A stretch of 64,000 nucleotides of DNA from IMG/VR virus record IMGVR_UViG_3300031576_000019, positions 26,774-90,773 of that record; one strand, written 5' to 3'. Each line of letters opens with the position of its first letter. Within the stretch, counting starts at the first letter, position 1. This document shows positions 19,280 to 29,126 of this stretch, piece after piece. The DNA comes from a virus. Both the position numbers and the translations under genes were made by a program. The notes beneath the pieces are model-generated. The model had not been told where the DNA came from. It worked only from the letters and a program-made list of their open reading frames with translations, and ran no database searches.

Positions 19280-20305
19280 ATGGACAAACTCTCGCAAGCC
19301 CACATAGGCCAGGCCAAGAGCGCCGACGTTTTGTCATTGGCCAGTCAAATGACCAAGCTCAAGAAGAAGTCCAACTCGCCTCATTTTGGTGAGGAATGGA
19401 AGGGGCCTTGCCCTCGCTGTGGTGGCGAGGACCGGTTTGCGGTTCGGACAGGTATCAACCGTTGGGCTTGTCGCCAGTGTACTGGCATCAACAAGGATTG
19501 CTGGTTTGACGCTATTGCCTTGATTTGGTTCATTGAGACTTGGCAAACACGGCCACAGGGTAAAGACTTTATCTGGTGTGTCAACTCTATCCTCGACAAG
19601 AAACTGCCTACCGCTCCAACACCTGAACCTGAAGACTCGGCTGGCCGACAAGAAGCCTTGGCCCGCTTTACCAACACTGAGCTCTGGCAGGAACTTCACC
19701 GGCGCATGACCCAAGAGAACAGGGATTGGTGGACGGCGCGCGGCGTGCCGCCCGTCTGGCAGGATAAGTTCACCCTTGGCTTCACGCCCGACTGGACCGT
19801 GCAATATCACGAGAAACCGTATCATACACCCGCTTACTCAATCCCATATCGAAGCCTCGAAAACAAAGTTCACAATCTACAATTCCGACTCACCAACCCA
19901 CCCGCGCCTGGTGACAGGTATCGTTGGATAGGAAAACTTGGCGCCTCGTTTTTTGTTGGCCAGCCCGAGATGGGCCTGACCGAAGAAGTCTTTATCGCCG
20001 AGGGCGCTATCAAGGCGATGGTCTTCATCAGCGAGTTTGTACAGGGCCAGCAGGTGCTCGCTACGCCTACCAATGGTTCCTGGGCTGGCATGCCCGACGC
20101 CATCAAGGGCAGGGTCAAGCGGGCTTGGATTATCCTTGACCCCGACAGCAACCATCGCGCCCACGGCTTAGGTAATGAGATTGGTCGGGATGTAGCCCGC
20201 ATCATCACTCTGCCTGCCAAGCTGGACGATCTGATCTTGCACGGCATGGAATATAGGGACTTTGACCGGATGCGCTATTTTGCCCGCCCGCCCCGTTTGA
20301 TATGA
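19280..20305 (+). CDS. Primase (Zn ribbon + TOPRIM)
   Basis: GPCPRCGGEDRF...CRQC, IAEGAIKA and LDPD motifs. Confidence 0.85.
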   Translation: MDKLSQAHIGQAKSADVLSLASQMTKLKKKSNSPHFGEEWKGPCPRCGGEDRFAVRTGINRWACRQCTGINKDCWFDAIALIWFIETWQTRPQGKDFIWCVNSILDKKLPTAPTPEPEDSAGRQEALARFTNTELWQELHRRMTQENRDWWTARGVPPVWQDKFTLGFTPDWTVQYHEKPYHTPAYSIPYRSLENKVHNLQFRLTNPPAPGDRYRWIGKLGASFFVGQPEMGLTEEVFIAEGAIKAMVFISEFVQGQQVLATPTNGSWAGMPDAIKGRVKRAWIILDPDSNHRAHGLGNEIGRDVARIITLPAKLDDLILHGMEYRDFDRMRYFARPPRLI

Positions 20306-20347
20306 ATAATGGTTCACTTTTGAGGTACAATCCCTCCAAGTTGGAGG
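20302..20347 (+). promoter_or_regulatory. Promoter combining both palindromes
   Basis: ATGAATAATGGTTCAC (20302-20317), TACAAT (20326-20331), CCTCCAAGTTGGAGG (20333-20347). Confidence 0.6.
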
Positions 20348-20359
20348 AGAGACCAAGAC

Positions 20360-20737
20360 ATGAACATCACCATCCACTGCCCCTACTGCCGTAAAGATAA
20401 GCACATCACCGATCATCGCGGCTCGTGGCCCAAGCGCTGTCGGGATGAGGCCTGTCGGCAAGCTCATAATCGCGCATACATTAAGGCACGGCGGGCCAAT
20501 CCCCAACCCATCAAAGCTCATCGTAAGCGCAAGTCAGGTGAACGCCTGACGACCTTCTATATCGTTAGTGACCCTGACACGGAAATAGGTTTCCTGTCGG
20601 GCGCGCGTATTAATGCGGTCGAGGCGACACTTGAACTTGGATGCTTCTCTCCTAACACTATCCTCAAACAAGCTGGACACCATTTCCGAGTAACTGGTGA
20701 GATTGGTAGTAATCAGACTCTACAGGAGATACCATGA
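20360..20737 (+). CDS. Zn-finger basic protein
   Basis: CPYC...CRDEAC. Confidence 0.55.
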   Translation: MNITIHCPYCRKDKHITDHRGSWPKRCRDEACRQAHNRAYIKARRANPQPIKAHRKRKSGERLTTFYIVSDPDTEIGFLSGARINAVEATLELGCFSPNTILKQAGHHFRVTGEIGSNQTLQEIP

Positions 20738-21225
20738 ATATTGATATTGAAATCCAATTGCTTCGGGCATTGGTGGAAAATCTACCCACCTATCGCCAAC
20801 AACGGCAATGTTCATCCAAAGGAGGCAAGGGCGGGCAGGCAGTATTGATCGTGATGCCCTTTCAGAAAATCCTCACCGACAAATCCCGCGAGATGCGCCT
20901 GGACTGTCTCAAACTCATATTTCCCTTTGGCCCGTCTGGGCCTGTCACTAGCACCAACAGTCTCAGTGACGCTGAGACGCATGTGCTTATCAACTACTTC
21001 TATGATGTCGATAATGGCGAAGGCGTTACAGCCTCCACCCAACTCTCGGCAGAGGCTTGGAGCCTCATTCCTCTTCTTGAACAACAGGTGTTGGAGAATG
21101 GCCGTCAAGCGCTGATTGCACAGGGCCAACTTGAACTGCCAGTGGTTAACCCTGACCCCTTCTCCCAATTCTACGCTTTATCTCTGACCGAAAAGCGGGC
21201 CCTGATGTACGGAGAACCTGAATGA
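20734..21225 (+). CDS. Hypothetical protein
   Basis: AGGAG RBS; coupled to neighbours. Confidence 0.55.
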   Translation: MNIDIEIQLLRALVENLPTYRQQRQCSSKGGKGGQAVLIVMPFQKILTDKSREMRLDCLKLIFPFGPSGPVTSTNSLSDAETHVLINYFYDVDNGEGVTASTQLSAEAWSLIPLLEQQVLENGRQALIAQGQLELPVVNPDPFSQFYALSLTEKRALMYGEPE

Positions 21226-21407
21226 ATAACCAGTGGGAATATCGCTACGCCAGCACAACCTCATTCTCGGTTAGCCCGGAAAAGTTTTTGACGCTTCTTA
21301 ACAAACTTGGCCAGGAAGGCTGGGAAGTCGTCTGCAATCTGCCATTTGAGCGTTTGCTTCTCAAACGCCAACTTGATACCGAAATTCCGATAGAGGAGGA
21401 AAGATGA
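21222..21407 (+). CDS. DUF4177-like small protein
   Basis: WEYR...LNKLGQEGWEVV...LKR. Confidence 0.7.
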   Translation: MNNQWEYRYASTTSFSVSPEKFLTLLNKLGQEGWEVVCNLPFERLLLKRQLDTEIPIEEER

Positions 21408-22327
21408 TTATCGCTATTGACGTTGACGACACCGTAGCCGAACTGGTCCCGGCCTGGTTGAATGCTTACAATGACAAATACTCTGGTGATGGCCCAGACT
21501 TGAAGTATGACGAGATCGCTTACTGGACCGCCATTCCTGATAAAGCCAGATGCGGGGCAAAAGTCTATAACCTACTAACCAGTGATCTCTATAACAACGT
21601 GAAGCCAATCAATGGCGCGTGTCAGGCTGTAGACAAGCTTGTTTCCGCTGGTCACGAAATCTGGTTTGCCACAACCGCCATGAGAGAACACGCTGGAGCA
21701 AAAGCGACCTGGCTTCGACGGCACAGTTTTATCAACGACATCTATTCGCCTGAAACTATCGCTCCCATCTACATTGAGACACCCGACAAGACTCGTCTCA
21801 GAGCCGACATCATTGTGGACGACAAACCAGAGACGGTTGAGAGGTTTCCCGGCTACGCCATTTTGTACGATAGGCCCTGGAATCAGGAGTGTCGGACAAT
21901 CCGACGCGCGCACAATTGGGAAGAGGTGTTGAAATTCATTGGTGACATTGAGCCACTCAACAAGGCTCAACAAGGCTCAACTGGTCAGAGAGAGCGTTTC
22001 CGACATACTACCGAGGACCGGTGCCCGGAACAGACTCAAGCGTTCCGAGAACTCATCGAGGCTATGTATCAGACCCATCTCGACAAAAATGCTGATTATT
22101 CACCAGCTAACATTTTGGCGACTGGCCAGGTTGGATTAGTCACGCGGTTGTGGGACAAGACGGCTCGTCTCCTTAACCTGCAAGGGTTTCGGTTCTCCAT
22201 TGAAGAGGCGGGCACCTATGAGCCACCACGCCAACCCAAGAACGAGTCCATCGAAGATACCTATATGGACCTGGCTGTGTATGCCCTTATTGGCCTGATT
22301 GTGCGCCAAGGCAAATGGGGCAAGTGA
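21404..22327 (+). CDS. HAD 5'(3')-deoxyribonucleotidase fused to an Nmad1/DUF1599-like helical domain
   Basis: N-terminal IAIDVDDTV, IVDDK and PWN; C-terminal KNADYS...RLWDKTARL...ESIEDTYMDLAVYALI. Confidence 0.8.
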   Translation: MIIAIDVDDTVAELVPAWLNAYNDKYSGDGPDLKYDEIAYWTAIPDKARCGAKVYNLLTSDLYNNVKPINGACQAVDKLVSAGHEIWFATTAMREHAGAKATWLRRHSFINDIYSPETIAPIYIETPDKTRLRADIIVDDKPETVERFPGYAILYDRPWNQECRTIRRAHNWEEVLKFIGDIEPLNKAQQGSTGQRERFRHTTEDRCPEQTQAFRELIEAMYQTHLDKNADYSPANILATGQVGLVTRLWDKTARLLNLQGFRFSIEEAGTYEPPRQPKNESIEDTYMDLAVYALIGLIVRQGKWGK

Positions 22328-22335
22328 AGCCAACC

Positions 22336-22527
22336 ATGAAATACCACTACCTATATGTGTTGAGTGAAAATCCCATTAATCCCTTGTATCCACCGCGCGT
22401 GCTTGTAGATATTGAGGCGAGTGGTCAATTAACCCTGACGCCGCTCAACGAACTAAGCGATCTGGGCTGGAATGTGCTTTGTCAAATCTCTGGCACTGGC
22501 CCTGACCTGGTTTACTTGCTCAAATGA
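22336..22527 (+). CDS. Hypothetical protein
   Basis: Fills the gap; ATGA coupling. Confidence 0.4.
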   Translation: MKYHYLYVLSENPINPLYPPRVLVDIEASGQLTLTPLNELSDLGWNVLCQISGTGPDLVYLLK

Positions 22528-22979
22528 CTCCTCAACGCGCCACCCTCAAGGCCCTGAAACTGGAAACAAACCGTCGCTTCATCGCCCCCAACCCACACCC
22601 ACCCTCAGACCGAGGGTGGGTTAGTCTCGGCGCTATCCCTAAACGCGCGGGTTACTACAACCAATGTGAGCTCTGTGGGGCTTTCGGTTTCAACCTGCGT
22701 TTTGATCTGCATGAAGTAATCGTTACGCGGGCTGATGTGCGTGGAAATAAGGCCCTTGGCGAAATGATAACAGAGGCCGAGGAGAACACGCTCCTCGTCT
22801 GTCAGCATTGCAACTCCGGCGTGGCAAATCGAGCCGAGGGTCACCGCGACTTTCTCGTGGGAAAACTGGTTGAACAGTACGGCTTCGCCAAAGTCTATAA
22901 CTGGGTAGCGGGCTTGCCCATGAAGAACAAGCAGGAATATCTGGAAAGGGTCCAGGCCCACAATTGCTCCAAAACGTGA
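22524..22979 (+). CDS. HNH/NinG-like Zn-binding protein
   Basis: CELC...LHE...N...CQHCN. Confidence 0.55.
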   Translation: MTPQRATLKALKLETNRRFIAPNPHPPSDRGWVSLGAIPKRAGYYNQCELCGAFGFNLRFDLHEVIVTRADVRGNKALGEMITEAEENTLLVCQHCNSGVANRAEGHRDFLVGKLVEQYGFAKVYNWVAGLPMKNKQEYLERVQAHNCSKT

Positions 22980-23005
22980 ACTATTGTTCACGTTTCTGGT
23001 ATAGT
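22972..23005 (+). promoter_or_regulatory. Promoter with an extended palindromic operator
   Basis: aaacGTGAACTATTGTTCACgttt, then TGgTATAGT. Confidence 0.7.
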
Positions 23006-23043
23006 ACGGCTATCTGTTACTCACTTATCTTTCAGGAGAAAGT

Positions 23044-24054
23044 ATGTCATACACCGTAACTTCAAGCAGAAACGTGAACATGCGGAACAAAAAGATTATT
23101 CTGTGGGGCGGCCCCGGTTCGCGCAAGACGGAAACAGTCCTTCGGAACTTCCCGAATGTCTTGCTCATTGATAGCGAGGGGAACTCAGACCAGTGTGTAG
23201 ATGTTCCAGAAATCCCGGAATTTCTACAAGTCAAGACCAAGGATGTTGAGGTGGCCCGCCAGATATTAGTGGATGTGGGCACAAGCAAAGCCAAAATGCC
23301 AGATGGTCAACTGATTGAGACGGTCTGCATTGACTCCGAAACTCTTTTGTGGTGGGTGCGCCAAGAGTTTGGCGCTAATGTCGCCGAAAGCCGGGCCGTG
23401 CGCTACAACCGTAGCAAAGACGAGGCTAATATGACACAGGCCGATTGGAATATCTCCAAGCGGCCACTCAAAGAATTCCACACTTCATTGGCCAATTGCC
23501 CGGTGCGCTACATTGTGTTGATTGGACGTGAGAAGGACCAATATGTCCAACGTCCAGGCTCCTCAAAGCCTGACGATAAAATCAAAGTTGGTGTAGAAGC
23601 CGACTTGATGAAGGGAACTGACTATGAAGCTAATCTCAGTTTCCGGTTTGGTTACGAGGATATTTTGGCCGAGAACCAAGCCCCAAAACCGGGGCCGTGG
23701 TTTTGTGAAGTCACCAAGGTGCAGGGTTCGCTCGGAAAAGAACTTGCCAAAGGCAAGCGTTTCAAGGAGTTTCCTTGGAGCATTATCCAGAAACACAGTC
23801 AGGTCTTGAAGCCATCTGTTGGCGCCGAGACGAGCGATGCGGGCACGGGTAGGGCGGGCGCAGAGGCGCTAGAGTCGGCCAGCAAGACCGAGGAGTGGAC
23901 GAAGGCGGAAGCGGGTGTCAAGCGCAAACGGTTTGAGTTGGAGGCCCAATCCATCACTCCCAGCTGGAAGAAAGTCTTCACCGACGCCAAGTTAGGGTAT
24001 GACCCCGACAAAGAAGCCGAGTTGCTGGAGTTGCTTCGTAAGAGTGTTGCCTAA
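23044..24054 (+). CDS. AAA_24 / Sak4-like ATPase recombinase
   Basis: GGPGSRKT, LLIDSE and VCIDS motifs. Confidence 0.75.
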   Translation: MSYTVTSSRNVNMRNKKIILWGGPGSRKTETVLRNFPNVLLIDSEGNSDQCVDVPEIPEFLQVKTKDVEVARQILVDVGTSKAKMPDGQLIETVCIDSETLLWWVRQEFGANVAESRAVRYNRSKDEANMTQADWNISKRPLKEFHTSLANCPVRYIVLIGREKDQYVQRPGSSKPDDKIKVGVEADLMKGTDYEANLSFRFGYEDILAENQAPKPGPWFCEVTKVQGSLGKELAKGKRFKEFPWSIIQKHSQVLKPSVGAETSDAGTGRAGAEALESASKTEEWTKAEAGVKRKRFELEAQSITPSWKKVFTDAKLGYDPDKEAELLELLRKSVA

Positions 24055-24069
24055 GATGGAAGAAGGAGC

Positions 24070-24342
24070 ATGAGTGACCCTGCGGAGGAATTCCAAGCAC
24101 TCTTTCAAAGGCAGGCTTTAGCAGATCGACTACTCAATCGGGCGCGACTTGTGATAGAGGCGTTTCTCAGAATACACATCCAAGAAGCCATCTACCCCAC
24201 CGAGAACGAGCTAGCCGCGGGGTGCGCCACTTGGATTAGCAATCATGAGTCGCCCCGATTGGGCTGTCCTCAGGAGGAACTCGCGCAAGTGTTGTACCTA
24301 ACTTATCTGCTTGGTTATTTCCGTGGAGTAAAAGAGATATGA
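24070..24342 (+). CDS. Hypothetical protein
   Basis: AAGGAG RBS. Confidence 0.5.
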   Translation: MSDPAEEFQALFQRQALADRLLNRARLVIEAFLRIHIQEAIYPTENELAAGCATWISNHESPRLGCPQEELAQVLYLTYLLGYFRGVKEI

Positions 24343-25085
24343 GCACATTCACCTCTAACTTGGAGGGAAAACTACTCGACATAATCAGCGCGACTACACC
24401 CTGGCTGGCGCCACTCATGCCAGCCTACATGGCCTGGTACAACATGATCCACGTCTTGGAGTGGCCTCCTTTGTTGGCCTTTTTTGGGGCGACTACTATT
24501 GAATTCTTGGGCCTAAGCACCGTCCATACCACATTCCAGTTCTGGACGTACAACGAGGCCCGTCAGTATCGCTTCCAGACGGCCTTGGACAGCCTTACAA
24601 AGAACAAGCGTGCTAAGAAGGCCGTCCGGGGGGCATCCGGCCTTGCCAAGACGCGCCTGACGGCCTTAGCGGGGGGCTTTTACCTGACTCTCGTAATTGT
24701 GGTGAACGTAATCCTGGACTTGAAGTCACCCCCAGAGCAGATTATAGCCAAAGTCCTGCTCTCGCTGATTTCCATTGTGGCCGCTATTACGCTAGCTCTG
24801 CGCGCTCAACACAAGCGTCAGTTGGCCGAAGTGGAACAGTTGCGAGAGAACCGTAGAGTTGCAAGGGTGGTTTCACGGAAACCAAATGAACCAGTAATAG
24901 TTGCACCCCAACGGGCCAAAGACAAAGTGCGGGATTACTTGGCGGGGAACCCCAACATGGCCCATAGACCCACCGAATTGGCTCGTCTTCTGGGCCTCAG
25001 TGAGGGTACGGTTAAGTCGGCTATTCATAGAATGGAAAAAGTAAACAACAATGATGCGCTAATCCCTTCTGTAATCGTGAGTTGA
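24339..25085 (+). CDS. Membrane protein with a C-terminal HTH
   Basis: About 4 hydrophobic segments; PTELARLLGLSEGTVKSAI. Confidence 0.65.
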   Translation: MSTFTSNLEGKLLDIISATTPWLAPLMPAYMAWYNMIHVLEWPPLLAFFGATTIEFLGLSTVHTTFQFWTYNEARQYRFQTALDSLTKNKRAKKAVRGASGLAKTRLTALAGGFYLTLVIVVNVILDLKSPPEQIIAKVLLSLISIVAAITLALRAQHKRQLAEVEQLRENRRVARVVSRKPNEPVIVAPQRAKDKVRDYLAGNPNMAHRPTELARLLGLSEGTVKSAIHRMEKVNNNDALIPSVIVS

Positions 25086-25338
25086 ATGGCGGAGTAAAAG
25101 AGGCACCGCTCTCAAAGAAGGCCCAGGCATGTGCCCGCGACCATGCCTATTACGAATGCACTGCCATTGAGTGCATCCAAAACGCTATCACAAAAAGCCA
25201 CAAACGCCCATTGCACAAATGAGGCACAAGAATCGCTCAGGATCACCAGAAGTTTCGCCAGGGTGACACACTTGGGTCCGTCGCGAATAGTCTAGAAACA
25301 GAAAACGTCTGCTTGAGAACAGAGTAGGAAGTGGTGAA

Positions 25339-25794
25339 ATGACATTTGATGAGTTTTTCGACGGTGAAAAGGGTAGTCTGGTTGACATTGCCTATACAAA
25401 GGCCGAGTGCAGAGAAATTGAAGATGCGTTTAGAATCGTCTTTCAGTTCGCCCGGGCCACTACGCTGGAAGAGTGCGTGAAAATAATCCGCCAATGTGCG
25501 AAAGATTGGGCCATGTTGTCGAACGTTGAACTAGATGAAAAATATGGCGAGCTGGACTCAGCCACCGTAGCGGAGCTCGCTATCGCCGTCATTGAATCTA
25601 CCGCAAAACCGATTGAATTTGTAGTAGAGGAGGTAGAAGAATGTATGTGTGAACACTCTTTCAGTGTCCACTCCTCTGGTGGGTGCTCCAAATGTGGCTG
25701 TCTTTGGGCGGAGACATGGGAAGACTATATGTCTCGTAGAGAGAATGAGGCCTCCCCCACCCTGCCGAAAAGCCCTTCCGGGGCCCAAGAGTAG
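25339..25794 (+). CDS. Hypothetical acidic protein with a Cys cluster
   Basis: CMCEH...H...CSKCGC. Confidence 0.5.
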   Translation: MTFDEFFDGEKGSLVDIAYTKAECREIEDAFRIVFQFARATTLEECVKIIRQCAKDWAMLSNVELDEKYGELDSATVAELAIAVIESTAKPIEFVVEEVEECMCEHSFSVHSSGGCSKCGCLWAETWEDYMSRRENEASPTLPKSPSGAQE

Positions 25795-26559
25795 GGGGTT
25801 TTGGACAACCAAATGGCCAAGAAAACCAAAACAACTAAAACAACCACTCCAAGAGCGCGTCTAAAACTTCTACATAACGAGCTCAGGTTTCTCCAGATGC
25901 GCGAGTGTCAACGCAGTATGCTGGCAAAAAGGAAGACAACATGGACATCTTGATGAGCACTGTCTTTTGCGCGACCTGTAGCATCCCCTTTACCGCCGCC
26001 AGTGATTTTATTGAGCGCCGCCAACAAGATCACGCTACGTTTTGGTGTCCGGCTGGACACGCAAACTGCTTCAATTCCCCGTAACGCAATAGCACCCGAG
26101 CCGGGGAGAAGTGAGACGAAATGAAATTTAGATTTCAATTAGGTCGACGGGCAAATCGAGAATAGGAATTTATCTTTGCTATTACTGTGCCAAATTCCAT
26201 CTAATCAAGCGCCAGAACCTTCTTGGCATTATTCTGACAATGTAGTTGCTCGTCAACAATTGGTCCGGGCCGCGATGTTACTTGTTCGCCGTAAACGCGC
26301 CAGTCTTAAAAAGAGGAAAACTGCCATTTGAAATAATGTAGTTGCAAGTGAAATTAATGTGCCGAACCTCATATTATGATATTCAGTACAGCACGCCAGA
26401 CTCCTACCTCACCTAAAGCGAGACCTCGAGAAGGGCTAGGGCGCGCACGCGCCGGAAAGAAAACGAAGACGCCCTGAAAGAATAATCTAGTGCCCCACCT
26501 ACACATTACTGGTGAAATTTTGCGCTGGAATAACATGCCCGAATAAATGGGCGGTCTTA

Positions 26560-28032
26560 TCAAGCCAAATTATCAAGAGTAAGTCTAAGCTCACCTTGCA
26601 TGACATAAACAGCCGGTAGAGCCGTTCTTATAATATCAATCGCCTCTCCCAGATCCCCATCAAAAAGACCGGGCGCGCGCAGAATCTCCAGCGCCTCATC
26701 AATATCCATACTCTCAAGGGCCTCGTTGGTAATCAGATTCAAGCCCGCAATTTCAGCCCTGAGCGCCTCGGCTTTGCGCGACTTCTCTTTCACTTGGTCT
26801 TCTAAGACGACGCGCGCACCCTGGAATACCAGCGATTCAATAGACCTGGAAAACCCCGCAATCTCGTTATCCAGCATGGCAAGTTCTCCTTGCAGACGGG
26901 TCAGACCCTTGGCGGTTTCCGGTCCGACGCTAAAAGAGTCGTCGGCATAGTACGCCTCCAATTCTTCGCGCGTTACACTCCTAAACATATCTTCCAGGGC
27001 CTCCACAATTTTGTGCTCATACATTGAATTGGAGACATGAGGAATCTCCATCCCCGAATTCCGGGAGGCTACCCGGTTGAGGTAATGGGCGCACCCATAA
27101 TTAGGAATACTCCGACCCCTAATCCAGCTGACTCCCCCTCGCCGCATCGGGCCACCACATAAGCCACAAAACAAAAAGTCCCGGAAAGGAGAACTCTGCC
27201 ACCGGCCACGCGGGTGTTCACGCCGACGCCGAGCAATCTCCAATTCCACCCTTAGACAAGTCTCGGCATCCCACATCTTGGGATGCCGGCCAGGAGACAG
27301 GACTCCGTTATAGACCGAGAAACCCCTATACCAAGGGCTATTGATAATCCTCGTCACATGGCCGTATTTGAGTTGACGGCTACTTCCAGGCGGGAGCGGC
27401 AAGCGCCGCCATATTTCAATGTAGGACATGCCAGACAATAGATACTCGGCCAGCGTAGTAAACCACATTCGCCAGCCCTCATCAATGACATACCCCACCG
27501 TCTTTCCAGAATCATCCCGGACACTGTTGTAGCCAATCGCGCCGTTCCCGCCATGGTGCATCCCGCGTTTAGCTCGCCCCTCATGGCCCATTCGTATCCT
27601 GTCCCGGATTCGATCCAGTTCCATCTTGTTGACTGCCGCTAAAAGGTAAAATGTCCGCAGGTCAAAATTACCGGAAACCAGGATAACCTGTATGCGTGTC
27701 TGTTCAAGCATATCCCCAAATGGAACGGCGGGCCGCACTCCCCGACACAGCCGATCATCCGTCCTGGCATAGATCAACTCATACTTCTGAGCGTAGCCGT
27801 CTGCAATCAGACGCAGAAACTCCGGTCGATCAGCCCGCTCACCCCCTGGTTCTACCCAGCGCCTCCCCACTCGATAGCGCTTGTTGTCCACATACTGGTC
27901 AATAATTTCTACCCCATCCCTGATCGCACGCTTGCGCGAGTCCTCCAGCTGAACCGGGATGGAGACTTTATCCTCCCCGCCCTGTCCCTCGCTGTCACTT
28001 ATCCTGGCGTAGACAACGCCTCTCTTGCTCAT
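26560..28032 (-). CDS. Large serine recombinase (integrase-type)
   Basis: YARIS catalytic Ser, RPEF, DRLCR, recombinase domain, Zn ribbon (CGLCG...YGC) and coiled coil. Confidence 0.9.
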   Translation of the reverse strand: MSKRGVVYARISDSEGQGGEDKVSIPVQLEDSRKRAIRDGVEIIDQYVDNKRYRVGRRWVEPGGERADRPEFLRLIADGYAQKYELIYARTDDRLCRGVRPAVPFGDMLEQTRIQVILVSGNFDLRTFYLLAAVNKMELDRIRDRIRMGHEGRAKRGMHHGGNGAIGYNSVRDDSGKTVGYVIDEGWRMWFTTLAEYLLSGMSYIEIWRRLPLPPGSSRQLKYGHVTRIINSPWYRGFSVYNGVLSPGRHPKMWDAETCLRVELEIARRRREHPRGRWQSSPFRDFLFCGLCGGPMRRGGVSWIRGRSIPNYGCAHYLNRVASRNSGMEIPHVSNSMYEHKIVEALEDMFRSVTREELEAYYADDSFSVGPETAKGLTRLQGELAMLDNEIAGFSRSIESLVFQGARVVLEDQVKEKSRKAEALRAEIAGLNLITNEALESMDIDEALEILRAPGLFDGDLGEAIDIIRTALPAVYVMQGELRLTLDNLA

Positions 28033-28092
28033 CTCGAATCTCCTCCAACTTGGAGGGAATCTAGCACAAGAGTCCTAAAACGCAAAACCGGC

Positions 28093-28413
28093 CTATTCAG
28101 CCGGTTGATAGACTTGCATATTCGGTCGAACTGTCCAGTCAGGGGACGCAAGTTGGGATACCCAAATCCTATTGCCCACATAGACATGGCGGGAGATGTA
28201 GGCCAGGTCAGCCAACGGCGAGCCAAATGTTTCTAGTTTCCTGACAAACTCGTTCTGGCGCAGACCGATCTGCAGGAGTAGATCGCTAGCCACCTTCCAC
28301 TCGCCTTGCGAACACAATCCCTCGCCCTCCATCTCCTTGCGTGAAATAGGCAACCGGGCGTGCGAACGAAACACCATTGCCTCCAATACCCGATCCAACC
28401 GATTAGCATCCAT
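28093..28413 (-). CDS. Hypothetical protein upstream of the recombinase
   Basis: AAGGAG RBS. Confidence 0.55.
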   Translation of the reverse strand: MDANRLDRVLEAMVFRSHARLPISRKEMEGEGLCSQGEWKVASDLLLQIGLRQNEFVRKLETFGSPLADLAYISRHVYVGNRIWVSQLASPDWTVRPNMQVYQPAE

Positions 28414-28482
28414 CTCAATCTCCTTCTACTTGTCATAATTATATCCCAAGTATATCCCAAATCGAGACTTGGGATATCTGCT

Positions 28483-28851
28483 CTACTCAGGCTTGGCCTC
28501 GGTCACCATAACCGGACCGAAGATGTTCAGGTCACGCACAGCGTCTTCAAGATAGGCAGTCAGAACAAGGCTGTCAATCCTGGGGAAACCCAAACGTTCC
28601 AATTCGGCCTCAATAAAGGTCAGCGCCGCGCGCTTTTTGATTAGTCCTTCCTCGGACGCGAAATACTGTTCGGCATAACCAACCCCGGTACGGATAACCG
28701 AAGACAGCAATTGACGTTGAGTTTCCGTGGCGTTGGCTTTCAGCCAATCACCCACGCCCAACTTGATGGTTGCAATCCAAGTCGCGCCCGCGCCTACGAG
28801 CAGGACCAGAATTGAGACAATGACACCGTTGATGAGAGATGCGAATTCCAT
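28483..28851 (-). CDS. Holin (LL-H-like)
   Basis: N-terminal TM segment; GVGYAEQ...G..KK..A...LEDAV pattern. Confidence 0.75.
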   Translation of the reverse strand: MEFASLINGVIVSILVLLVGAGATWIATIKLGVGDWLKANATETQRQLLSSVIRTGVGYAEQYFASEEGLIKKRAALTFIEAELERLGFPRIDSLVLTAYLEDAVRDLNIFGPVMVTEAKPE

Positions 28852-28863
28852 GAGAGTTCTCCT

Positions 28864-29124
28864 TTATTTGTTGCGTAGACGTTCAACTTGGTTGGCAGCC
28901 TGGCGCAGGGCTTTGGCAAACTCGCGCGCCTGTGCTGGTGAATAGCCCGCTGTTAGGATAGGCTTGGGGAACCTCACCACCACCCGATCTTTATACTCAA
29001 AGCACTCAAATCGAATCGGCCCCTCATCACCAGGCAGAGACAGGATATCCTCTACGGTCTCTTTCATCTGCGAATCCATCGCGGCCTGCACAGCGTGGTC
29101 AACTAAAAAATTAGAACTTTCCAT
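28864..29124 (-). CDS. Hypothetical protein
   Basis: GGAG RBS before MESSNF. Confidence 0.5.
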   Translation of the reverse strand: MESSNFLVDHAVQAAMDSQMKETVEDILSLPGDEGPIRFECFEYKDRVVVRFPKPILTAGYSPAQAREFAKALRQAANQVERLRNK

Positions 29125-29126
29125 GT

